DNA of 17,060 nucleotides from a virus (IMGVR_UViG_3300048938_000061), one strand, 5' to 3'; positions 1 to 8,106 are shown, counted from the stretch's first letter. Notes: generated by a model from the sequence alone, not told the origin. Numbers and translations: made by a program.

Positions 1-871
1 ACAATCGCTCATGGGCATCACCTGAGATTTCATCACGGATAAGAGTCCCAGTGTATCGGCCCCACATGCGCATAAACCAGAGATCAACCGTTACAGGTTC
101 ATGATTTCCCATCAGATTCTGAAAGAATCCATTCCCAACCTTCGGTCCAAATAACATGCTTCCATAAACAATCTCATCAGCAAGCACCCTGCCGCCAATT
201 TCTATTCCATGTTTCCTTCCAATTTTCTGCAATTGGCTCATCGTCAACTTCATTGTCAAAAGTTTCCTGAGACGGGTAAGATCACCTCCAGCACGCGACA
301 ATATAAAATTGAAACGTGCGAGGTTGCTTTCGATGGCGGCACCATTCGCACCGTACCCCTTTGGCTTAAAATTTCCAGTCGTAAGAAAATGGCGATATTG
401 TTCAAGAGCATACTTCATGTTGTCTTGGACATTAATATTTTGAGATGTGATGGCCATTGCAGCGAAAAGAACGGTTCGTGCTTCATTCCTATTTTTGAAG
501 AGATTTGATGGATGCCGACTGGCTTCATCGTCCGAGCCAATTTCGGGATGTATTGTCGATGCAATAACCACCATTCGATCAATGGCATCTGTATACCAAT
601 TACATGAAGTAACAACATCTTCTCGATTGAGAGCGAATAATGCTTCTGAGACCATCATGTCCGACAAGACTTCATCGTTTTCAGGAGTGGACTCTGTAAT
701 AGCTTTACCGTCTAAATCCTGAAGAGCACTTTCCATCAAAAAACGAGCCGCTGCTGAATTATCAGGGAACGAATAATCACTCGTTTCGTCGACGATAGTT
801 CCTATGTAGACACTTGGTAAAGGCAAACGAATTTCACTAAAGTTCCAATTTTTTTCCGCATTTGAAGGCAT
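1..871 (-). CDS. HhH-GPD DNA glycosylase-like / DUF7178-like protein, 3' end runs off the window (at least 290 aa; not in the ORF track)
   Basis: Manual translation from ATG at 871 stays open to the edge: MPSNAEKNWNFSEIRLPLP...NWYTDAIDRM...AAMAITSQNINVQDNMKYA...MLFGPKVGNGFFQNLMGNHEPVTVDLWFMRMWGRYTG... GPKVG resembles an HhH hairpin and VTVDLWFMR resembles the vD-x-x-x-R motif of HhH-GPD enzymes. CDS is secure; function is inferred. Confidence 0.6.
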   Translation of the reverse strand, partial: MPSNAEKNWNFSEIRLPLPSVYIGTIVDETSDYSFPDNSAAARFLMESALQDLDGKAITESTPENDEVLSDMMVSEALFALNREDVVTSCNWYTDAIDRMVVIASTIHPEIGSDDEASRHPSNLFKNRNEARTVLFAAMAITSQNINVQDNMKYALEQYRHFLTTGNFKPKGYGANGAAIESNLARFNFILSRAGGDLTRLRKLLTMKLTMSQLQKIGRKHGIEIGGRVLADEIVYGSMLFGPKVGNGFFQNLMGNHEPVTVDLWFMRMWGRYTGTLIRDEISGDAHERL

Positions 872-968
872 ATAATTATTTCCAAAAGTCAGCACTCATT
901 AAAAATGCTGACATATCGGCATGCATAATACGACCGTTAAATGTTGTAATTTTCTATATATAAGTGGC

Positions 969-1009
969 AAAAGCGCCCATCACAATTTACATAGTTTAAG
1001 GACGCTTTT
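969..1009 (-). terminator. Probable intrinsic terminator after 1020..1601
   Basis: Minus-strand RNA AAAAGCGUCC-(21 nt loop)-GGGCGCUUUU; the one mismatch is a U-G wobble on the minus strand; large loop lowers confidence. Confidence 0.45.
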
Positions 1010-1019
1010 CCGTAGGAAA

Positions 1020-1601
1020 TTAGATTTTTGGAGCTGCAAGCCTCGGTACCCAATCAGGCATCTCGTCAGCAATATGCAAATCCCAATCAAGTGGATTATT
1101 GAGTGCACCTTCATTCGCGTTCTTCAAGTGATCCTCAACGTCTGCATTCACGTCATCAGAGCCTGGTACAAAATATTGGCCGTCCTGATTAAATCCGCCT
1201 GGGATTTCACAATATACGAGACGCTCCTCTTCACGATCATATACAAATCGAATTTCGCTGTCGTTTTTCCCATCGAGGATATGTGTCCAGGAACCGTTTT
1301 CGCCTTCAGCGATAACATATCTTGCTCCAGTTAGACCTTCAGCATCCATAAAGCTATCCAGCTCCCCCTTATTGATTTCGACGGTAAATGGCCCGTCATG
1401 ATCAGGTTGGAAGCCAACGAGGTTTACCATGAAATCCAGATCGCTGGAATGGCGACCAACCTTGTGCAGAAGAATTTCTCGATCCACTCCAGACATCTTG
1501 CGAACTGCATCTGAAATGTTGAATTCCCAGTTATCTCCAGTAGGAATAGCATGATCATTGATCCACGCCTCTGCACGATAGTTTGCTTTCAGTTCCGCCA
1601 T
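1020..1601 (-). CDS. Hypothetical protein, 193 aa (AWINDHA...HDGPF type, acidic)
   Basis: ATG with RBS CAGGAG upstream; acidic globular-looking sequence; ends LAAPKI. Confidence 0.8.
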   Translation of the reverse strand: MAELKANYRAEAWINDHAIPTGDNWEFNISDAVRKMSGVDREILLHKVGRHSSDLDFMVNLVGFQPDHDGPFTVEINKGELDSFMDAEGLTGARYVIAEGENGSWTHILDGKNDSEIRFVYDREEERLVYCEIPGGFNQDGQYFVPGSDDVNADVEDHLKNANEGALNNPLDWDLHIADEMPDWVPRLAAPKI

Positions 1602-1677
1602 CTAAAACTCCTGAAGTGATGCAGTACATAGACATGGTCTATCAGCTGTTTGCGCAACGAACAAATTCCACAAAACA

Positions 1678-1720
1678 AAATCAAGTAGTCTTGTTAAAAC
1701 AGTACAAGACCACTTGATTT
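1678..1720 (-). terminator. Long hairpin, probable intrinsic terminator after the HNH-RNA ligase gene
   Basis: AAATCAAGT-a-GTCTTGT / ACAAGAC-c-ACTTGATTT, 17-bp stem with 9-nt loop; the a/c mismatch is a G-U pair on the minus strand, which continues into UGUUUUG; 9 nt past the stop at 1730. Confidence 0.7.
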
Positions 1721-1729
1721 ACGGAAAAT

Positions 1730-2761
1730 TTAAGCGCTTCTCATTGCATTTGACACTACTTCTGCGTGCATCCAATGGTTCTCTGTAGAAACGTGGTTTG
1801 AACGCACCCATTTGAAGAATGAACGCTGAAAATCGCTGTAACGGATCGGACCAGCAAGCCGTCCGACAAAGCCTTCACATACTGTCGTGTCGATATCCTT
1901 GGCCAACTTTTCCAAAACTTTCAGTTCAAAAGGCCCGTCAAAGAGAACCTTAACTGGGGTTACACCCAGAAGATCAAACCATTCGATGGTTTGATCCCAA
2001 TCGAGGCAGACATTATGATCATTCCATACAGAGAAACCATAAAAGTAACTTTCAAGATCCTCGTAACGGATAGAATGCTGAGCAAACATATTCTCACCGC
2101 AAACACGCCAGCCCTCTGGAATGTCATGCGCAATTGTTGACCAGAAACGCTTTAGCCAATCACGGCTTGGATGACTGCGACCATCGATGCTGCGAGCATG
2201 CATGTAATCTGAATACAGACTTGAATTCTCGCCATCCATCTTGATGCTCACAATGACACGTTTGCCGAGCAAGTGAGACCAATCTGCGATTACCTTGTCA
2301 TCGGACGTCACACATGCAGAGAAAGGCAGATGTGGCGTGCGTGGATATTTATAGTAGCGTAAGTAGCGGTCGAGCATATTGCCCGTCTTCAAAACCTTTT
2401 GAACGCCTTCTTCATGAAACAGTTCCCCACGAAGACGCATACCATTGGACAGGACAACTCCGCCCCACTTTTCGTAAACCGTATCCTCGTCGAAATGAGG
2501 AGGAATGACTGGTTTCGAAATACCGCACTTTTCTCGCAAAGTTTCTACTGAGATTTCAGTCGTTTCGCATTGATAATGGTGTTCATTGCAAACTGAAGCT
2601 CCATTATCGAGATAGTAGCCACCATCCGGAAATAATCTACGCTCAAGAATATGATGAGGGTCAGCCGCAGGTGCGCCGCAGATAACACATTTATGATTAT
2701 CTCGTTCAAAAACGTATTTCTTGAAATCTTTTCTGCTAAGAAGACCTTTTGGGGCAGACAT
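1730..2761 (-). CDS. HNH endonuclease-like domain fused to ATP-dependent RNA ligase (Rnl2-like nucleotidyltransferase)
   Basis: N-terminus: VFERDNHKCVICG..DPHHIL..NGASVCNEHH (HNH, Zn ligands). C-terminus: KYPRTPHLP, motif I KMDGEN, ARS, III VCGENM, IIIa FYGFSVW, IV EGFV, V FKWVR. RBS AAGGAG. Confidence 0.85.
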   Translation of the reverse strand: MSAPKGLLSRKDFKKYVFERDNHKCVICGAPAADPHHILERRLFPDGGYYLDNGASVCNEHHYQCETTEISVETLREKCGISKPVIPPHFDEDTVYEKWGGVVLSNGMRLRGELFHEEGVQKVLKTGNMLDRYLRYYKYPRTPHLPFSACVTSDDKVIADWSHLLGKRVIVSIKMDGENSSLYSDYMHARSIDGRSHPSRDWLKRFWSTIAHDIPEGWRVCGENMFAQHSIRYEDLESYFYGFSVWNDHNVCLDWDQTIEWFDLLGVTPVKVLFDGPFELKVLEKLAKDIDTTVCEGFVGRLAGPIRYSDFQRSFFKWVRSNHVSTENHWMHAEVVSNAMRSA

Positions 2762-2908
2762 TTTATTACTCTCCTTGGAGGCCTGTTAATGGCAGAGATA
2801 TAGTAAAAAATCAATAATATTAATTAAGATTTTGTCGGGATAATATCCTGCCGTGATGCGCCCATAGCCCTCGGGACTATTTTCAGAAATTTATTTTAAA
2901 ATTATCAC

Positions 2909-2937
2909 TTGATTTTTATTTCTGAGCGCATCATCTT
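2909..2937 (+). promoter_or_regulatory. Candidate sigma70-type promoter for the 3152 unit
   Basis: TTGATT-N17-CATCTT in the AT-rich divergent spacer; match by eye only. Confidence 0.3.
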
Positions 2938-3151
2938 TAAATCACAGCAGACACGAAAGGAATAAACGATGTCGTAGCTCTTCTAAACGGGACGTCCGCA
3001 CGGCTAAGGCCGAAACCCATAACAGCAAATCGAGTGCAGCCTTTTATGGTATAGCACCAAAGGTTCCTCCCTAGTTCCTGTTCTCGGAATTGAAATTCAA
3101 ACCGAAGACAATATGGCCCAACAAACAAATGGCCAAAAAAGGAACATAATC

Positions 3152-3508
3152 ATGGAACCAAATACTCTCAACACAGAATCCCTGAACAAGTTTATCAAAC
3201 TCGCTCGCACACATAAGCGTGACGAAGAGATCGTTGATACGATTGCTGATAGCATTGGCGTACTTGAACGTAACGCTTATCTGGCATTGGTCTCCGAATG
3301 GAAACAGACCTTTAAGGTACTATCGAACGACATTCGTGAAGCCAAGCTCATGCGAAAGACCGCTGACACCGAAACTGAACGCAATCAGTGGAACTTCACA
3401 CGCTGGCAGCTCCGTTGGAAAGCTCATTTCATGATGACTGCTCGGCTAGGCATCAAGCAGGTGGCCCGCAGGCATTGGGAAGCGAAGATCGCAAACGTCG
3501 CTGCTTAA
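3152..3508 (+). CDS. Hypothetical helical protein, 118 aa (start revised from 3113)
   Basis: AAGGA RBS precedes ATG 3152; helical EWKQTFKVLSNDIREAK pattern; ends ANVAA. Confidence 0.75.
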   Translation: MEPNTLNTESLNKFIKLARTHKRDEEIVDTIADSIGVLERNAYLALVSEWKQTFKVLSNDIREAKLMRKTADTETERNQWNFTRWQLRWKAHFMMTARLGIKQVARRHWEAKIANVAA

Positions 3509-3523
3509 GCGAACATGCGTCCA

Positions 3524-3549
3524 GGGGGATCGCTGTAGCAGCGACCCCC
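3524..3549 (+). other. GC-rich intercistronic hairpin without U-tract
   Basis: GGGGG-A-TCGCTG-TAG-CAGCGA-CCCCC, 11 bp with one bulge, 11 nt before the AGGAG RBS of the next gene. Confidence 0.55.
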
Positions 3550-3572
3550 GATAGCCATCCAGGAGAGATAGA

Positions 3573-3926
3573 TTGAGTTCAGAAACAACGGCCTATTTTG
3601 AAGTGCGTTACACGTACTACATGTTCAACAGTGGGGCAGCTGATAATGGATATTACACAAGCAGCATCAGAAAAAACACGGCTGAGGAAGCGATTGAATT
3701 AGCGGATAAAATTGAAAAACACGCTATCCATCACCGATTTCACCATGCCTCACATCATGATCGTCCATTGGAGAAAACCTACGATCCAAGCGGCTATACG
3801 GAAGACAATGAGGACGAATCTCGCCTATTGATCGAAGACCTCATTCCTAATGATGGCTATTTCATTTCAGCGAAAGCGTATGAAACATTGGTTCAGCGAA
3901 CTCCGTTGAACCTCACACCAGAATAA
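3573..3926 (+). CDS. Hypothetical protein, 117 aa (TTG start)
   Basis: AGGAG at 3561 precedes TTG at 3573; no family recognised; ends LTPE. Confidence 0.7.
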   Translation: MSSETTAYFEVRYTYYMFNSGAADNGYYTSSIRKNTAEEAIELADKIEKHAIHHRFHHASHHDRPLEKTYDPSGYTEDNEDESRLLIEDLIPNDGYFISAKAYETLVQRTPLNLTPE

Positions 3927-3987
3927 ATGGCAGAACTTGTAATTAGTTCAACACCGTGGCCATCATCGAGAAGGCACAGCGAACCAG

Positions 3988-4965
3988 TTAGCCTTCTCGA
4001 TGATGTAAAAGTTCCCATTTTATTGTACCTCCAATTTTTTGGGTCGTTTCATAAAAAGCCATAACAATTTTAATCTGGCTCACGCGCTCATCCACTTCGG
4101 CATAATCGGCCCAATGATTGGTATGCGCAAATCGCTCGCCATCAGCAGTGCAAAATACGAACCGTCCGGGATTTTTACTAGGTAACTTCATATCGGCAAT
4201 TGCAGAGCGATTAAAACCATTCACCTTTATATCGTTTAACTGTTTAACGGCCTCCTTTGCAATTAGGTTTGAAACAGTGATTTGAAGTTTTTCGCCTCCA
4301 TTCCCAAGTTCCAAATATGAAATAAGCAGGAGATAGATTGCAAGGCCAACCGTGAACCACCAACCTGCATAAGCCGAATAACTTCCAATCACTAGTACCC
4401 CGATAACAGATACATACAGCGTAAATCGTTTTTCGTTCACTTTATTTAAAAATGAACTAAACACCGCACGCATAATTTGTCCGCCATCTAACGGATATAT
4501 GGGGAGCATATTAAAAATGAACAAAACTGCATTGACCGCGAAAGTCACAATTAAGAAACCATCTAATGTAAAAATGTGATCATCATAAGCAACTGGTCTG
4601 GTAGCGTAGAGAACTGACAATGAAAGAAGTGTAATAACAGCATTAACAATGGGACCAGATATTGAAATAAAAAAACGTGCTGATGGTTTATCTATTGGGG
4701 AGGCAAAGTTCGCTGCGCCACCGATACAGCTCAATGAAATTGATGTTGTGATTATTCCGAATTTCTTAGCTGCAATTACATGGCCAATTTCATGTAAAAA
4801 TACCGAAAAGAAAACAATCCCCCACCAGACAACACGTTCCAGAGCGCCATCAACTCCACCTTTGTTATACCCGTAGAAGCCAAATCCGAACAATAAGGCA
4901 ATCAGCGACCAATGAACGGTGATTGGAATTCCAAAAAAATTACCCACATTATGTGATCGAAACAT
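3988..4965 (-). CDS. Site-2 protease, peptidase M50 family (intramembrane Zn metalloprotease)
   Basis: GIPITVHWS start, HEIGH (HExxH) in a hydrophobic segment, ISGPIVN, NMLPIYPLDGG (NxxPxxxxDG), several TM stretches; RBS AAGAGG. Confidence 0.9.
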   Translation of the reverse strand: MFRSHNVGNFFGIPITVHWSLIALLFGFGFYGYNKGGVDGALERVVWWGIVFFSVFLHEIGHVIAAKKFGIITTSISLSCIGGAANFASPIDKPSARFFISISGPIVNAVITLLSLSVLYATRPVAYDDHIFTLDGFLIVTFAVNAVLFIFNMLPIYPLDGGQIMRAVFSSFLNKVNEKRFTLYVSVIGVLVIGSYSAYAGWWFTVGLAIYLLLISYLELGNGGEKLQITVSNLIAKEAVKQLNDIKVNGFNRSAIADMKLPSKNPGRFVFCTADGERFAHTNHWADYAEVDERVSQIKIVMAFYETTQKIGGTIKWELLHHREG

Positions 4966-5149
4966 TTAAACCTCTTATTTTGGCACGTAATTATACCATT
5001 ATTCCTTTTTAATCAACTATGGTTTACGCAATTAACAATCTATCGATGAATTCGATTTTGCTGACGATTACAACGTTGGCAACCATTACGCGTTTGTTGA
5101 TTGCTATTAAAAATTATAAATTCTTGATAAGCATTTTTGAGGACTAAAA

Positions 5150-5464
5150 ATGGAAGCCATTGAATTTGGAAAAAACTATCGTGTAACTGTTCGAGTAGAT
5201 GAACTTTTGGCCTTCGCCCGTAGATGGCCATGTCACAACTTCGATCTTGATGCTGAATACGTCTTCGAATTTGATGCTAATAATGGCGATTTGGTTGACG
5301 TAGATAAGTATATCGACGGCAAATACACTGTGCCAGAGGAAACAGAAGACGGCCCTGAATTTGTTGCCCTGTCTGAAGATGCATGTGAATTTGGCGCTCG
5401 CGAACTCGGCCTATCAAGCGTTCTAGAAATCCGATTTGGTGAAAAATCAGGCCCTCGCCCTTAA
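5150..5464 (+). CDS. Hypothetical acidic protein, 104 aa
   Basis: RBS GAGGA; followed by a terminator; ends KSGPRP. Confidence 0.8.
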   Translation: MEAIEFGKNYRVTVRVDELLAFARRWPCHNFDLDAEYVFEFDANNGDLVDVDKYIDGKYTVPEETEDGPEFVALSEDACEFGARELGLSSVLEIRFGEKSGPRP

Positions 5465-5482
5465 ACAGAGAGACGACAGATA

Positions 5483-5521
5483 GTCATAAGAAAAGCGCCT
5501 CATGGGCGCTTTTCTTATGAC
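5483..5521. terminator. Bidirectional intrinsic terminator between convergent genes
   Basis: Perfect 17-bp inverted repeat GTCATAAGAAAAGCGCC-TCATG-GGCGCTTTTCTTATGAC with A- and T-tracts on both sides. Confidence 0.85.
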
Positions 5522-5545
5522 CAAGGCATCTTTGATCTGCCAGAA

Positions 5546-6100
5546 CTACATCTTCATCAATGCCTCATGCATGACTGGTTCCATTCTTGTCGGCCCATTG
5601 ATAACCACCTCTCCGTCGAAGCCATTGAGAAAGGCTTTCAAATCGATATCTGATTCAATGACAATCTCACGAATTTCAAACCGAGATAGGAAGTCGTCTG
5701 CCAGTCCAGATAAGACCTTTTTCATTCGGCCAAGTCTCAGATAAGTCTCGACTGTTGCGATATCTCCTTGGACGTCAGACAAGAACCTCGAACGTACTGA
5801 CGCGCCTGTCGGACCCCAAATAGCCTGCTCGCGTAGCCATCCTTCAAATTTAAGAACCATATCCTTACAGTCCACAACGAGCATTACGCTAGCCGTTTCC
5901 AACGGTTCAATTTCAAATAGATGGTCGTCATCACGAGCGTAATCAGATGCCTGTTCTTTCGACGTTGACGCAAAAGAACAGCTGTCACCATAACGCTTTG
6001 TTTGGAAGCCAAGTGCCTGCAATCGCTCAGACAGCAACTTATCAAGAAGCGGGACGCGAGGATGATAGTCGGACCCCTTACCGTGATAGAGTGCTGTCAT
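5546..6100 (-). CDS. Hypothetical protein, possible ADP-ribosyltransferase-like fold, 184 aa
   Basis: N-terminal LYHG strand, then FASTSKEQASDYA and LFEIEP; RBS GAGG overlaps the upstream gene's stop. CDS is secure; ART call is tentative. Confidence 0.45.
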   Translation of the reverse strand: MTALYHGKGSDYHPRVPLLDKLLSERLQALGFQTKRYGDSCSFASTSKEQASDYARDDDHLFEIEPLETASVMLVVDCKDMVLKFEGWLREQAIWGPTGASVRSRFLSDVQGDIATVETYLRLGRMKKVLSGLADDFLSRFEIREIVIESDIDLKAFLNGFDGEVVINGPTRMEPVMHEALMKM

Positions 6101-6107
6101 TTCAACC

Positions 6108-6878
6108 TCAATTGATGATTGTCGAAGGCCTCAGATTCCGCAAGTCAAGAACTAGGCTTTCGACGTATTCAGAATTTTCACCAAAATAGCCTCGGCTATT
6201 GCAAATCACACGGGAATTCCCGACGACATAGTCATGATTTGAGTGAACAGCTCCATGCACCCAAAGGTCGGGAGCCGAAAATCCGTCGAGAAGAGAAGAC
6301 AGATCGGTCGTAAAGCACGCATTATGGGGTGAACCATCGTAACGTGAATGAACAGAGTTACGATGAGGCGTATGATGCGTAACAACAATTTTAGTACCGC
6401 TAAACGGCTCAGCCAGCTTGCTCCCGATAAACGAACGAGCCTTCTTGTGCTCTTCCAGCTGTCTCGATGGAGACCAGTTAGCAATCATAACATTATCCGC
6501 TAGGAAGTTAGCCTGCACGAGTTCTTCTGCACGTTCTGAACCATCGAGTTGAAAGTCCGTCCACAGCGTGGAGCCGATGAAACGAACACCATTGATGTCG
6601 TATGTGTCGTTAATCAGAAGGCGTACACCATTCTTTTCAGCCGCCTTGAGCGCTAGTTCGTTCGCTTTATCAAAACTCGTCCCGTAGTAGTCGCGATTAC
6701 CGGGGACATAAATAACAGGCATCTTTTCAGCCAAATCCGACAAAGCGACCACAGATGACACCAGATTAGGTGAATGGTCACCTGCTACAATTGCGATATC
6801 TGCATCAATGTGATCACAGAAATCTGTTATACGGTCCCAGAAATCACATTGATGATCCGAAAAAATGAATGCTTTCAT
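6108..6878 (-). CDS. Calcineurin-like metallophosphoesterase with non-canonical His ligands
   Basis: Motif order FSDHQ / AGD / VPGNRDYY / GSTLWTDF / VVTHH / VHGAVH / NSRGY matches the SDLH-GD-GNHE-THH-GHxH family; RBS GGAAAGG. Confidence 0.85.
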   Translation of the reverse strand: MKAFIFSDHQCDFWDRITDFCDHIDADIAIVAGDHSPNLVSSVVALSDLAEKMPVIYVPGNRDYYGTSFDKANELALKAAEKNGVRLLINDTYDINGVRFIGSTLWTDFQLDGSERAEELVQANFLADNVMIANWSPSRQLEEHKKARSFIGSKLAEPFSGTKIVVTHHTPHRNSVHSRYDGSPHNACFTTDLSSLLDGFSAPDLWVHGAVHSNHDYVVGNSRVICNSRGYFGENSEYVESLVLDLRNLRPSTIIN

Positions 6879-6922
6879 AACTAGCCTTTCCTCAATCTCA
6901 TATAAGAGATTATTTTCATCAT

Positions 6923-6951
6923 CTTTTAGATATACTTAAAAATTAAGTCAA
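6923..6951 (-). promoter_or_regulatory. Candidate sigma70-type promoter for phosphoesterase plus ART-like gene
   Basis: Minus strand TTGACT-N17-TAAAAG, about 45 nt upstream of ATG 6878. Confidence 0.4.
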
Positions 6952-7001
6952 CAATTATTGCATTATTATGCAAATATATATGCGGTATGAGTATCCATGT
7001 A

Positions 7002-7580
7002 TTATCTTTTTATAAGACCTTCTTTTTCGAGGATATCACTCGCTTCAGCATCAACAATTAAAACATCCAAGAAATAACTGTAATCATCTTTGCTAATTTG
7101 ACCATCGTTGGTAGCGCGATGTACTACCGACACAATACCATTGTCTGCAAACCTCGCATCCCAATCCTTTATGTGTTCTTTGAATACGCCATACCAGTCA
7201 GGTGTTGATGTTTTGGGTAAATTGAGCTTCTCCGTTAGTAACACGGAGGCCACCTTAAAATCCTGGACCTGATCATCCACGGTCAACAAACGCCAGCCAA
7301 GACGGTTGTAAATCTGCTGAATTGTATTCTTATAGGGATCGGTCTGATCGAACAGCTCCCCTTTTACAAAATCCATGTAGTAATCAATGTAGTCCTCGCC
7401 TTCATTCCGCAATTCTGCAATGAGACCACCTGCATAACGCCATGAACACGAAAAACGTTGTCTGTCATCATTAATGTAAACTTCATTGCAGAAGCTCTGA
7501 TAAGCCGCGCAGGCAAAAATCTCATCTTTCAACAAGGCGAGGAATTCAGTATCATTTCTTAACGCCTCTTCCATATTCAT
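7002..7580 (-). CDS. Phage-type conserved hypothetical protein, 192 aa (start revised from TTG 7604)
   Basis: GAGGAG 6 nt before ATG 7580. Motif AYQSFCN...SCSWRYAGGLIAELR..GEDYIDYY resembles a family I recall from phage genomes (not searched). Confidence 0.75.
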   Translation of the reverse strand: MNMEEALRNDTEFLALLKDEIFACAAYQSFCNEVYINDDRQRFSCSWRYAGGLIAELRNEGEDYIDYYMDFVKGELFDQTDPYKNTIQQIYNRLGWRLLTVDDQVQDFKVASVLLTEKLNLPKTSTPDWYGVFKEHIKDWDARFADNGIVSVVHRATNDGQISKDDYSYFLDVLIVDAEASDILEKEGLIKR

Positions 7581-7797
7581 GGCAAACTCCTCGTTCAAAG
7601 ACAACGAACAAATTCTCGCTATTTTTGGTTTACAATAATATTGTTATTCTGTAAATCCATACAGCAAATGGATTTGGCCAACCTATCGAGTTATTTTCAT
7701 ATTAAAGCGGATTAAATATTTTTATTAATGCCAAATAATTAGCATCTATATTTTCTATATTTTATGATAAAACCAAAATTATCACAGGAGTAGACGC

Positions 7798-8106
7798 ATG
7801 AAAAAATATGTATCTGAAAACACACTGAAAAAGCTCCTAAACAATTTAAAGAGCGACGGTCAAATTGACCGTGGTTCTGTAATCCAGATTTTGGAAAGCC
7901 TTGATGCAGAGCGTGTCATGCTCAGATCAATGGATCGCGAAGCTGCTACTCATGTGGAAACTGTTATCTGTATGCGCACTGATTTTGACGGTGATAAGGA
8001 AACAGGATGGAAAGGACTCGGTGCTGCTTTAAGTCGCGCACTTGATGAACGTGACCATTTGCGGAAAATTGCTTCCGCAAATGGTCAGACTGGTGTCGAT
8101 TCATAG
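7798..8106 (+). CDS. Hypothetical protein, 102 aa, phage-like
   Basis: RBS CAGGAG; motif VETVICMRTDF..GWKGLG..ALDERD resembles alphaproteobacterial phage hypotheticals (recall, not searched). Confidence 0.75.
   Translation: MKKYVSENTLKKLLNNLKSDGQIDRGSVIQILESLDAERVMLRSMDREAATHVETVICMRTDFDGDKETGWKGLGAALSRALDERDHLRKIASANGQTGVDS

Noticed and set aside
209-722. Track ORFs 209..508, 415..618 and 447..722
   Set aside because: They are shadows of the longer minus-strand frame 1..871, which has protein-like motifs.
2969-3020. tRNA-like GTCGTAGCTC and hammerhead-like stem followed by GAAAC
   Set aside because: No T-loop, acceptor stem or cloverleaf; the CUGAUGA hammerhead core is absent.
6108-6878. 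Calling the phosphoesterase a pseudogene
   Set aside because: Full-length open frame with RBS and candidate promoter; only point substitutions are seen.
6897-7660. Short AT-rich palindromes (e.g. TGCATTATTATGCA near 6960, ACAATAATATTGT near 7633) as operators
   Set aside because: Expected by chance in very AT-rich spacers and they share no consensus.
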